This document shows positions 27,715 through 41,825 of a stretch of 64,000 bases of DNA, piece by piece; the first letter of the stretch is position 1; each line of letters opens with the position of its first letter. The position numbers and the translations under genes were made by a program. The notes beneath the pieces were generated by a model. That model was not told where the DNA came from. It did no database searches and saw only the letters and a list, made by a program, of their open reading frames with translations. The stretch is from contig OX597816.1 in the NCBI GenBank assembly GCA_951406725.2, positions 169,756,001 through 169,820,000 on the forward strand, given 5' to 3'. The stretch is from Octopus vulgaris (Eukaryota).

Positions 27715-27770
27715 ATATCTGTGCATACATGTATAATTTACGTATTATCATTTGTATATATGCATATATG

Positions 27771-27891
<121 letters not shown>

Positions 27892-27893
27892 AC

Positions 27894-27960
<67 letters not shown>

Positions 27961-28076
27961 GAAGAGCATAGGCTCAAAACGTAAAATATTTTTTCTATTC
28001 CTGAGCGTTATACTAATACATCTGTTTGTTTTGTACACCCCCTGTTTTCGTCTTTTCTTTTTTTCGTAAACTCTCC

Positions 28077-28079
<3 letters not shown>
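27961..28079 (+). mobile_element. Penelope-like 3' fragment with truncated hammerhead-like motif, in (TA)n
   Basis: GAAGAGC-ATAG-GCTC-AAAACGTA: stem II and palindromic ACGT stem III; 5' core truncated and G12 mutated. Confidence 0.45.
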
Positions 28080-28115
<36 letters not shown>

Positions 28116-28141
28116 CTTACGTGCACCACAGGTTTCAAATA

Positions 28142-28289
28142 TTATTTCTAGAAAGATGAAGAGAGCAAAAATTATCTTATAAAACACAAACACACACACA
28201 CAGTCGCACACACACACAGAGTCACCCACACACACACACTGCACACACACATAAATATATATATATATATGTAGATGAACGTAGATGTA

Positions 28290-28384
<95 letters not shown>

Positions 28385-28475
28385 TTATTTATTTATATGT
28401 GTGTGCAGTGTGTGTGTGTGTGTGTGTTTGTTTGTTATAATATAATTTTTGCTCTCTTCATCTTTCTAGAAATAA
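28142..28475. repeat. Inverted repeat enclosing mirrored microsatellites
   Basis: Perfect 34-bp arms 28142-28175 and 28442-28475. Inner (CA)n/(TG)n tracts are also mirrored around a TA tract. Confidence 0.85.
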
Positions 28476-29113
28476 ATTTTCATTTCATTTGACTGGAAAC
28501 ATCATTATTACAATATTGTAACTACCTCTCACTCACATACGTCTGCACATGAAAACTTTGCTCAACCTCGAGCGCCCTCCAAATCGTCTCCACCAATTAC
28601 AACTGGTGGCTGGAAAGTTGGTTGACTGTCCTTTGGTAAACATCCTCTGTGGGTGCGTAGATGTATATGCATATATATATATATATCTTGTTATATGTAC
28701 TTATATGTAAGTGTACGTCAGCTCACAAATTAGAACCACTACTAAGATATATATATATATATATATATATATGGGGGTGTATGTATGTATATGTATATAC
28801 TACTGCACATATTATAATTATGTTATAAATTTTGATGCGCAATATTCATAGGAACGGAACTAAGTACTTGGGAATTTGCCAAACAGTTAAAATCCGATTT
28901 CAAGTGTTGTTATTGTATCAAGTATTTCAAGTAAAATCTGGCAAAGGTCCAAAAATTAGCTATCTCTAGGAAGATACCGTTTACCATCATCGCATACACA
29001 CTATAATCTTTTCTTTCATCAGAACTCCAAAAATCGTAAGCTATGACTGAAAACATACAATAACTGCTGCAACAGTATCAATAATGATGTTGATGACGAT
29101 GACGATGATAATA

Positions 29114-29403
<290 letters not shown>

Positions 29404-29539
29404 ATGTTCTTCGCTGTTCTGACCAGTCAGTAGCCGAGGACACAGAAATACTAATACAACCCAGCAGAACAACTGGAAAATAACTCCCAAAAATTGGAAA
29501 AGCTACAATCTCCTGTTAGTATTTTAAATTTCTCTCAAA

Positions 29540-29995
29540 ATAAGTTTAGAAACTTACATATCTACAATTTTCTCTGGATGAACACACAAACGGTCATCTT
29601 AAAAAACTTCAATATTTACAACTTCTGTGACTACCTATCCATTCCTTTCTCTCTGAATATTCGAAAATGTAAACATACTTTTAATTGTAAGAACACTACA
29701 GTTTTTTTTTCTGTTCGGATATACAATCATCTTCAGAAAATTCAAAAACTTTAAAATCAACAGTCCTCTGTGAAAACTTTACACTTCTTTTCTTTCTTTT
29801 CCTTTTTCCCTGAGTATTCGAGAACGTAAACGTCCTTTTAATTGCAAGAACACTACAGTTTTCGCCGGTCGGACATACAAACGATCATTTTTAGAAAATT
29901 TAAAACTTTAATATCTACAACTTTCTGTGAAAATTCTACTCTTCTTTTCTCCCTGACTACACGAATAGGTAAACATACGTTATATTGCAACAACA
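29540..29995. repeat. Diverged tandem repeat (about 140-160-bp units)
   Basis: CTGA.TATTCGA.AA.GTAAAC..TTTTAATTG.AAGAACACTACAGTTTT recurs at about 29653, 29810 and (partially) 29953. Confidence 0.7.
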
Positions 29996-30154
29996 AATTA
30001 AACGCACGATAAAAATTAAGGAGATAAACCTCCCAATATATACAAACTTCACAAGTACAAAAACTGCAAACTACAGTAAAATCTATAAAAAGAAAGGGAA
30101 AATTAAAAATCCCACCAAATTTTAAAATTCAATGATGTAAACATCAATATATAT

Positions 30155-30461
30155 ACTCTTTACTCTTTACTCTTTTATTTGTTCCAGTCATTTGACTGTG
30201 GCCATGCTGGAGCACCGCCTTTAGTCGAGAAAATCGACCTTAGGACTTATTCTTTGTAAGCCTAGTACTTATTCTGTCGGTCTCTTTTGCCGAACCGCTA
30301 CCAAATCCACTCACAAATCCACTCACCAAATCCACTCACAAAGTTTTGGTCGGCCCGAGGCTATAGTAGAAGACACTTGCCCAAGGTGCCACGCAGTGGG
30401 ACTGAACCCGGAACTATGTGGTTGGTAAGCAAGCTACTTACCACACAGCCACTCCTACGCC
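30155..30461 (-). mobile_element. SINE A with internal deletion and triplicated CAAATCCACTCA
   Basis: Family A head and tail on the minus strand. Confidence 0.85.
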
Positions 30462-30799
30462 TATATATATATTATTTTTTCTATCAGTAATTAAAAGCAG
30501 AACAAGGTGAACTGGTTCATTCCAAGGTCAAGGTCAGCAATATTATTGATGGCTTGTAGTGGTGAACACATTTGATCTCTACTGACCGCAAAGGTGTGAC
30601 GCTTCTTTTGTCCCCTGATCGCACACGAATGCAAAGCCCCAATGTTGATCTCCTCCTCACTAACTGCCGAACCTATTTACAGAGCTGTGGAATTTGGTCT
30701 ATTCACCAAGTTGCTTCTCTTCCTTATATCATCCTCTCCAACCCTCAAATATTTATGATGCTTTCAAAAACAAGCCAAAAGCCGAAACTAAACAACGTT

Positions 30800-30959
30800 T
30801 ATAGTAGAAGCAAAGATGGCATCTCAAGACGGTTACAATACCAGTGATTGTCGGAGCACTTTGAATGATCAAAAAGGAACTGAAAATTATTTGCAGGAAG
30901 TACAAAAGATTGTCTTAACTGATACGTCACACGTATTGAGAAGAGAATTGTCGATGTGA
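30800..30959 (+). mobile_element. R4/Dong RLE C-terminal fragment
   Basis: RWHLKTVTIPVIVGAL..QEVQKIVLTDTSHVLRRELSM*. Confidence 0.75.
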
Positions 30960-31210
30960 ATTTTCTTTCCTTTTTGACATATTTTCTTTGTTTACTTTTA
31001 TATTTTTAATTTCTCTGTCTTTCTTTCCCTTTTTCTCTATAACATGGTTTTGCAAATGAACAATCCGGTATGTTTATTTTAATGGCCTACCGATGTATAC
31101 AGTGCATTTCTCTGTCCTAGGTGTCAGGAAAACCCTGGGAAAGAAAAATGAACAGAAATGAAAGATAATAATAATAGTAATAATAATAATTATAATTATA
31201 ATTATAATAA

Positions 31211-33843
31211 GGAAAAGAGCTCCGTGCTGAATAACAACATGGATGTGCTACACCGGGCTCCCGTTCAAAAACAAAGGAACCTCTGGAAATCTTGAAGGAA
31301 GCGGTTTTCAACGATAATAATAATTTAAAAAAAACAAAATTTTACTGCCATACAAAGCACAGTTTCTCCTACGAACGATGTGTCATTGAAACATGTGCGA
31401 AACACACACGCGATATCAACACCGGAAAGTTTACAAATTATAAAATAGAAATAGAATAGAATAGTAAGTACATAAATCTGGCAATTACGCACACACGAAT
31501 GTCTACACAATCATATATAGATTTTGATACCCATATGACTACACATACATATCAATGTTTTACAGTACACACACACATATAAAAACAGTGTCACAAGCGA
31601 AGCAAGAACAAAAACAAAACTTTTTTCTCCTTTTCTTTTTTCTTTCTTTCCTTATTTTTTAATTTTCATTTTTCGAACCATTCATAAGTTTAAAAACACC
31701 ACAAAAAAAAACTATGCTCGGAGATAAATCTATCAGTATAACAATACAAATCTGTTAGCCTTAACAAGCTACATTACGAGCATTGTTTACATGCAGAGAA
31801 ATCGGCGACAATGTTGTCTCAAAACAATTAACCCTAAACAGACAAAACCGTCCACCACTGTCAATGAACAATGTTAACATGCAGCGAACTCAGTGACGGT
31901 CTTGTCTCAAAAAATTGACCCTAAACAGATAAATACGTCCCCTAATGTCAACGTCGAAGCTCATCATGCTTCAATGATAATAAAGCAAAATACAAACCAG
32001 ATTAGTTGTCGACCGGTTCACAAAGGGCCACGTACTCGATATAGATCTGTTAGCCTTATGAAGCTACGTTACGAGCAATGTTTACATGCAGAGAACTCGG
32101 AGACGGTGTTGTCTCAAAAAATTTACCCTAAACAGACATATCTGTCCCCTAAAGTCAACATCGAAGCTCGTCATGCCTCACTGTTAACAAAGCAAAATAC
32201 AAACCGGAATGGTCATCGACCGTATTACAAAGGACCACGTACTCGAATGTTGAACTAGATTCGTGTAGAAAAATCAGCAACTGGTTCAAATCTTCCCGAT
32301 AAACAGGAGCTGGAATTACCCAACAACCGGAATATTCCAACAGATGGCCATCCATGCTCGTCATCAAATATCCAAAAGAAAAAGAATAAAAAATGTTCTA
32401 GGGAAGATAATAAAGAAGTAGTTCTTACGGCCTTCTACCATGTCATATATTTCCCCACAAATAAATCTAATGCTGTACAAACCTACTTAAACTGGAGACA
32501 GAAACACCCTGAAGTAAGACCTTACATAGACAGTAACAAACTTGTCAACGTCAGAAGAAAATTACTGACTGAAGTAGAGATTGACCAAATTAAACACGCA
32601 GTAAGGGATAAAAAGAACGAAGCTGTAGCTAAAGAAGATAATACAGAGGAAGTAATTATAAACCAGCCCAGGGCTGATAAAAACGCAGTAAGGTTTGAAA
32701 GAGTTAGTGTAACTGATAGGCAAAGTGAAATACTCTGTGAACCAACCATAAACACCAAGGCAGATGAAAATCAAATAGATGAAGAAGGTCACATAAATAT
32801 TGACCCAACAGAACTGCAAGATCTAAAATATCAAATCATGATTAAATGGCTGAAAATTAAAGAAATCAGTGTGGATGAACGCGAGTGTCTCCCAAAAATT
32901 CGCAATTCTGAACAAAACCTGAAAATAATTGGTAAAATCCGCCTTGCACTTAAGGATATAATGTCAGCAAATGATGTTGATATCACAGATCTCAAGCACC
33001 TGTACTATGCCTCCGCGAAAATATCAACGATTCTATGTGGTGAAAAGATTAGAAAACGACAACATTACTACAAAAAGCAATCTTGGAAAGAGCATATTCA
33101 ACACCAAATTAAGCTACTTAGATCTGACATAGAATGTTTGAAAACCCTTAAGTTTGACAAGACTACCAAATCTACAAAAACTCGAAAATTAACGAAAAGT
33201 ATAATATGAAAACCATACTTGACATTGATGACACCATAGAAACCATCAGGCAAAAGGTATGTGCTAAAGCTACCCGCATAGCAAGGTGTGAAAAACAACA
33301 TATTAAAAAATAACCGCAAATTTTTTTACAGGAAGATAGTGAAAACACCAGTTACTGTAAAGTCTGTACTATTAGAAGTGCAGGGATTTTGGAATAAAAT
33401 TTGGGCAGAAGAAAAAACAATGAAAAAGGCCCCTTGGATTGATAGAATATCTACAGACTTGGACTCCTTAGAGGAGCAAAAGTGGGAAGGTGTCAAGGTA
33501 GAAGATATAAGATCTGGTCTTAGGAGGTCAAACAAATGGAAGTCTCCAGGAAAGGATAAGATTCCTAACTTCTGGTTGAATGCCTTCCCAGAGAGCCATG
33601 AATTGCTAACAAAACTTTACAACAAATGGGATGAGCAACCCGACCGTAAGAAAATTCTAATTGGGCTCAACCTGCCAGGTCATGCACTGTTTATCTTGAT
33701 ATGACGTTCACCATGTTGCGCACATATGTTTGTGATGCATGTGCCTAGCGTACCCTTATCAAACTGTAGTCATGATGGGTAAACTGGGTTTCGTATATTT
33801 TACTCCAGTGTCACTTTGATGGCATGCACTGCTCTCTCACTCA
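31211..33843 (+). mobile_element. Internally deleted R4/Dong-type LINE (5' region and N-terminal ORF fused to 3' tail), bounded by TAA repeats
   Basis: One frame from 31893 to 33209 with a single stop (..SREDNKEVVLTAFY..WRQKHPEVRPYIDSNKLVNVRRKLL..), then NKWKSPGKDKIPNFWLNAF. At about 33628 it switches to sequence homologous to 50845-51062 and ends in TAA. The 5' boundary is inferred. Confidence 0.8.
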
Positions 33844-33868
33844 ATAATAACAATATTAATATTAATGA

Positions 33869-34979
33869 CTTCTTTATTGACCACAAAGGGTTTACATTAA
33901 GTAAAGAATGGACGGTACAGGATAAAACAAAGAATGTGTATGTGCATGTGTGTGATTGTTTTGTTGTGAGTGTTTTGCGTGTAAAAAGGTTTAACATATT
34001 AAAATAAAAAGAAAATTTACGATGTATGATCATCAATAAGGAGAAGACATTCGAGGGATACTCATGGATATATCTCATAAAACCACAGGAGCCTAGATTT
34101 CTGAGGCAAGAGCCTTTTCTCATTTTCTCTTTTCCGATTACGGGCGTCAGCTCAGGGCAGACATGTACTCGCATCATTCTCACCACTCTCATACACCTTT
34201 CATCAACATGGCTGGATCACAACTCTTTCCTCTCCACTCTTATTTCCCGCCTTCTTTTAACATGGAAGGACAGACTGGCTTTAGATTCCTGATGGCCATA
34301 GCGAAAGTTTCACTTGAAGAAGTTGATCAGGGATTGGCAAAAGAGAAAAGTGTTTGCCTTCAGCCCCTTCAATCTCGTTCAAAATACAACCTCCTTCGCT
34401 ATCGCCACCAGGCATATATAGTCAGCCTGTCCTTCCAGGTTAAAAGAAGGTGGCGGAACGATCTTCACGATGGATTCAGTCCCACATCAGATGTTCGACA
34501 AAACCCATAGGTCAGCAATGCTCGGGCACTGTACGAGTGCATGCTGAACGGTTTCGTCGCCCTGCCAACATCTCGGACATGCTCGGCTGACGACCCTTCC
34601 CTACCTGTATAATCTATCTCGGAAAGGAAATGTTCCTTGGTAGCACTGCCAGACCAGAGACTTTTGGAAGTTATCCATCGGTCCCAGGCCGAAAGTTCTC
34701 CGGAAGAGAGCGGCTAGCTGATCTTCTTCGACACCCATGGTCTACCAGAGAATGTCGTCGCACTTTCCCTCCACTAATATTCCATAGAACGCTAAAGTGG
34801 CATTTCCCCCTATCGCAATGTCCAACTGGCTGGGGGCTGTGAGCGTCCTGTCAAAAGCTTTATATTGATCTAAATTGATCGGAGACCCTCCTTGCCAAGT
34901 TCTTTAGCCACTTTCTCTATGATGTATCGCACGAGGTGGATGTTATCATGGATAGATCTTTTCGGGATGGCGCATGTCA
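33869..34979 (-). mobile_element. Older internally deleted Tx1-type LINE related to the TATC copies
   Basis: TCAIPKRSIHDNIHLVRYII (RT) joined to GPMDNFQKSLVWQCY..CPRCWQGDETVQHALVQC. 3' end ACCCTTTGTGGTCAATAAAGAAG. Confidence 0.85.
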
Positions 34980-35280
34980 TCATATGTACGGGATACTTTT
35001 TGTTTATGGGGAAAATGGAAAAATAAGAGTGAATATTCATTTTATGAGAGTTGTGTATTAAGTCTATAAAATTGTGTGTAAAGTATATGAAGTGTATATA
35101 CAAAGTGCATTAAGTAATCATCGCATTCAAATTTCTTTCACTTTTCAATGAGTAGCAGATGAGTGGCCATCTTTCCACACAATACACAACACTTGATACG
35201 CTTTCAGGTTTTTGGGGATAAAGTTTTCAGAAATAACCCAATAGGTTTACCATTAACTCCGTGAAACACGGGTCAGCTAG
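34980..35280 (+). mobile_element. Probable short Helitron
   Basis: Hairpin CCGTG-AAA-CACGG (35259-35271) followed by CTAG|T at 35277-35281. The 5' TC at 34980 is tentative. Confidence 0.5.
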
Positions 35281-35289
35281 TACCAATTA

Positions 35290-36448
35290 ACTGGCGCATT
35301 TTTGTCTTAGGTCTTTGATGTCAGGTCTGTTAGCATTTATTTGCCAGTCTGTATGCATCCCATAGTCCCATAGGATGCCAGTGGAAGTATTGGCCAATTC
35401 GATCATGCCTGGCTTTATATTCTCTAGGGATTACGTCTGAGCAGCCGGCAACAATGTGGTCAATATTGTCAAGTGTGTTATTTCGGAATCTACTTTTTTT
35501 ATCTACTTCATTGCGACATTAGCTTCGTATTTCCGAGTAAGGGGACACTGATCTTGTGCCACCAGGATAAATCCTTCTGTCTCATCTTTCAAACCGGATA
35601 AATCCTTCTGTCTCGGCTTTCAAACCAACATTCTACAGTCACTGATTGGTTCTTCTCCTATCTACATCAACTTCCCAAGCTCGGCTGGGGCATTGCTCAT
35701 GCAATGGTTTTTCTAGCCACAGTCTTGATATTTCCTCCAAGCTTTCTTGTTTTGTTTTTGTTTTTTACACATTTTCGCTGCCTTAGTGGGTGGTGTGTCA
35801 TCCCTATCATCATCATAATCAGGCAGGTTAAGCTCTTGTCTGTATTTATATGCCTTCTTTGAGATTGATTACAGTTTCTCGCTCTGTTCTTTTTTCCTTA
35901 TCAGCTGTATCACCCAGTTGGTGTTACTATGGATGTACACTTCATTGTTGTTTTATAGGACGTTTTAAGCTGGATTAAGTATCTGCCGCCTTCCTTTCGT
36001 GAGAGATAGAGCTTGTGGACGCCTGATTTTGGGTGGTCTATCCTGTTTAGTGTCAGTAGTTTTTTGGTCTATATATCATACGCTGGAGATCACTCAGATT
36101 CCAGTTGATGACATTAAGGCTACTCTGGAAAAACTTGTACCGCCAGGGGGTTTATGGCTACAATTATATTCTCAGAGTTCAGCACAGTATTTAGGTCCAT
36201 TCTGATATGTCTGTAATACTCTTTCGTGATTTTCTCTTTCATTGATCCATGTTGAATCTCTTTCCCTTCCTGTATCCCAAGATTACTTATAAAAGCCTTC
36301 GTTGTCCAGGTCCTTGATAGATGTATTATGATCAAGTTGGGTCGTGGTATTAGCTGCCAGTTTTCCACGTCTGAACGTAGCTTTTGTACACTTGTCAAGG
36401 CTAAATTCCGTATTGATGTCATCACTGAATTTTTTCACAGTTACTAGT
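35290..36448 (-). mobile_element. Degraded R4/Dong LINE 3' half
   Basis: KKFSDDINTEFSLDKCTKATF..GLKAETEGFI..TIDHIVAGC, with frameshifts. Its 5' truncation abuts the TAA array. Confidence 0.8.
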
Positions 36449-38193
<1,745 letters not shown>

Positions 38194-38252
38194 CTTATTC
38201 TTCTTATTCTTCTTCTTATTATTATTGTTATTATTATTATTTTATTATTATT

Positions 38253-38668
38253 AAGTCGGCGATCTGGCAGAATCATTAGCACGCCGGACGAAATACTTAG
38301 CGGTATTTCGTCTGCCGCTACGTTCTGAGTTCAAATTCCGCCGAGGTCGACTTTGCCTTTCATCCTTTCGGGGTCGATAAATTAAGTACCAGTTACGCAC
38401 TGGGGACGATATAATCGACTTAATCCGATTGTCTGTCCTTGTTTGTCCCTGTGTTTAGCCCCTTGTGGGCAATAACGAAAACAAACGTTAGCATATCGGG
38501 CGAAATGCTTATTGATATTTCGTCTGCCACTACTTTCTATGTTCAAGGTCCACTTTTCCTTTTATCCTTTCGGGGTTGATAAATTAAGAACCAGTCAACT
38601 ACTGGGGTCGATGTAATCGACTATCCCGCTCCCTTCAAATTCCAGAGCTTGTGCTTATAGTAGAAAGG

Positions 38669-38670
<2 letters not shown>
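38253..38670 (+). mobile_element. Dimeric SINE B with (TTA)n tail
   Basis: Head, Nin domain, Tx1-like tail, then a second monomer ending TAGTAGAAAGGATTATT. Confidence 0.88.
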
Positions 38671-38717
<47 letters not shown>

Positions 38718-38789
38718 GACCCACCCACCCCAAAAAAAAATTCCAGGCCTTCTGCCTTTAGAAAAAAGGATTATTGCTATTATTATTTT

Positions 38790-39140
38790 TATACCAATAC
38801 ACTAAAAACAAAGAGTTCAAGGCTAATCAACCAGTCACTGTCATCAAGGAACACTCGGAGAAAGAAATGCCTCGTAATGGTATCGGTCTCAGGAGGCAAT
38901 ATATTTCTAAAAGAACGGGAGAAATTATCCAACTACTTCTGAAAATAAAGGTAGCACGAATATGGGTTGTTAAAACTGAAACATTCTCTTTAATAATAGG
39001 AACTTGGGGTATGATGAAAATCAAAAAAGAAAATTGATAAATAAAAGTAAACAAGTATAAAACTTATCCCCATTCTAGTACTTATAAATATATATAACAT
39101 ATTAGAAATGGCATTACTCGGTTCTACATGTTACAGATAA
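38790..39140 (+). mobile_element. Degraded Dong RLE C-terminus
   Basis: KANQPVTVIKEH..KIKVARIWVVKTETFSLIIGTWGMMK. Confidence 0.6.
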
Positions 39141-40319
39141 TTTTTAATACAGTCAAACCAAAAATTGCTCCTAAACACGGAGACATTGACTCTTATACTG
39201 ACATCAAACGGTGCAAACAGATTTTTTGATCTACATATCATGGTTGCATTTGATAACATTTTATCTGCTTTGTATCATAAAACATATTTCGACCTCGGTA
39301 ACATTAGTTTTAAAGTATGGTTGAAGACAAAGCAATTTTGAAGGTAGGGAATAAGTCGATTAAATTGTCGACGCAATTTGAACTTAAAACGAAATGCCAC
39401 TGACGAAATGTCACTTAGCATTTTGCCCGGCATGCTAACGATTCTGCCAGCTCGCAGACTTCGACCTCGGTAATATTACTGAAACGAGTGCTATTAAGAG
39501 AATGAGTAAGAGATAATTTAGTAATTTAGGAGTAATAACATTTAATAATATCAAATTGAAAACTTTTTGAGTTATATTATCATTAAGTAATTGAAATCAA
39601 TAAGTGACTGCAAGAATATTGTCTCTGAGTGTAAGATTTATCTTAGAGGGTAAGTCACATAAAATAACATTGCTTAATATTCTAAATTCAATTCATTCTG
39701 GATTTAAGTAAAGCGGGAGGATGAATATGAATGTTCGCTTCGCGCTCATTGAAAGTAAAATAGTGTTTCTTGGGAATTTGTGTACACTCATTTCTTAATC
39801 AAATTTGTGGTAATCCTCTAGTTTTGAACGTTAATATTATTTTTCTTATACATGCTGGAAGCAGAATAAATAATAAAACCGTTGTAGTAGGTTTGACTAC
39901 TATGTATAGATTTCTCAGATTGCACTTATATAAGCATAGAGGTCTTATTTCGTTATGTTTTCTGTTAGTTTGACTTGAACGAGTAATAATTTATTCTGTG
40001 CTTGATATACATTTTTATTTGCGGATATTTTTGTTACGAAATTTGAAATAAAAAAAAGAAATCAGTATTACAAACAGAGTATACAAGATATATTTCGTTT
40101 TTTTTCTTACACTATCCAGTTTGTTTCTGTTATCAAAACAGTATCTAGAGAAATGCATATGGTTTTAAAATAAATGTTTTACTGTTACAAAAAAGCACAA
40201 TAAAACAACTTAACAACGTAAGCACAAGCGGCCATCAAGAACAAGCAATCCTATCCATTTCGAAACAATGCACATTAATAACCGTTTATACATAATTTAT
40301 TTCTTTATTATCATTTCCA

Positions 40320-40640
40320 TATAAAGCGGTTATTTGGTAGCACGTTTCATGTCTTGTCATCGGTTTTTACATTTTTCTGACAATTCTAGAGTTATTGAGT
40401 ATGTTTGCTTCGGATTTCATATCTAATATAATCTATGCATTTATTGCTAGTATTTTTCTTCTATTTAACACCAATATTAATATTCTTTGCCATTTTTTTC
40501 TAAATAGTTTTTCCATCTCTTTCTTTTACTGATCTTGTCAAATGCTAGTATTCCCAAGCAATTTTGCCTTCTATGTCCTTCGTTACTTCACCATCAGATA
40601 ACAGAATACCATTTGCTAACATTAACTTTCTCCTCATCAT
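40320..40640 (-). mobile_element. Highly degraded R4/Dong RT-end fragment
   Basis: NGILLSDGEVTKDIEG..LGILAFDKI..LNRRKILAINA. Confidence 0.5.
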
Positions 40641-41219
40641 TGTATACGTGTCACACTTTTTTTCTTTATCTAGATTTCTATTCTCGTGGTCTAACTAAAT
40701 AAAGGAGAAATTCAAGATGTTGCATGAACAAAAGTTGGTTTCAAATTCAAATTTCTTCCAGCCATACCCAACTCCTCTCTTCCGCGGTAATAACCTTAAC
40801 TGTATTATGCACAATATAAACAAGGGCAGTATTTCTAACTTCGTGAATCAATTCTCCAATGTTGGCATAGTAATTCTGATGAGTAAGCTATCGTATCGAA
40901 TATTTTTTTAAAGGATTTTGCTCACACAATTGTTGTATTGATACATCTCCATTTCGAATATTATTTTATCAGTCCTCAATCGACCGTATAAGCCTTCGGT
41001 GTTTTAATATCAGCCTTTGCACTCATAGAAGGTATTTTTTCTGTTCCTCAGCAAAGGAAAACATTGGGTGAACATTTCGGACAGTTATTTCACGATATTA
41101 CACGAATACTATCAGCTGCATTTTCTTCTGCCGAGTTTTTCTGAACCTTATCATTATTCCTCCACCGCACCAAATACCTGGCATGGAACAAAATTTGGTA
41201 TCATCATTATTTTTATTAC

Positions 41220-41360
41220 TGACTTCAAATGCCGCCGGGGTCGACTTCGCCTTTCGTCCCGTCGGGGTCGATAAATTAAGTACCAGTTACGCACTGAGGT
41301 CGATGTAATAAACTTAATTCCTTCCCCAAAATTTGAGGCCTTGTTCCTATAATAGAAAGG

Positions 41361-41404
<44 letters not shown>

Positions 41405-41800
41405 GGCGGTGAGCTGTCAGAAACTTAGCACGCCGGGCGAAATGCGTATCAGTATTTCGTCTGCCACTACGTTCTGAGTTCAAATTCCGCCGAGGTCGAC
41501 TTAGCCTTTTATACTTTCGGGGTCGATTAAATAAGTACCAGTTACGCATTGGTCTCGATATAATCGACTTAATCCGTTTGTCTGTCCTTGTTTGTTCCCT
41601 CTGTGTTTATCCCCTTGTGGGTAGTAAAGAAATAGGTATTTCGTCTGCCGTTACGTTCTGAGTTCAAATTCCTCCGAGGTCGACTTCGTCTTTCATTCTT
41701 TCGGGGTCGATAAATTAAGCACCAGTTGCGTACTGGGGTCTATCTAATCGACTGGCCCCTTCCCCCAAATTTCAGTCCTTGCACCTATAGTAGAAAGGGT
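41220..41800 (+). mobile_element. SINE B copies (41220-41362; dimer 41403-41800) with TTA tails
   Basis: Nin domain and both tail types. Confidence 0.88.
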
Positions 41801-41825
41801 TGTTATTATTATTATTATTATTATT

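Noticed and set aside
29540-29995. CRISPR-like periodicity
   Set aside because: Whole units are homologous with no unique spacers, and the context is eukaryotic.
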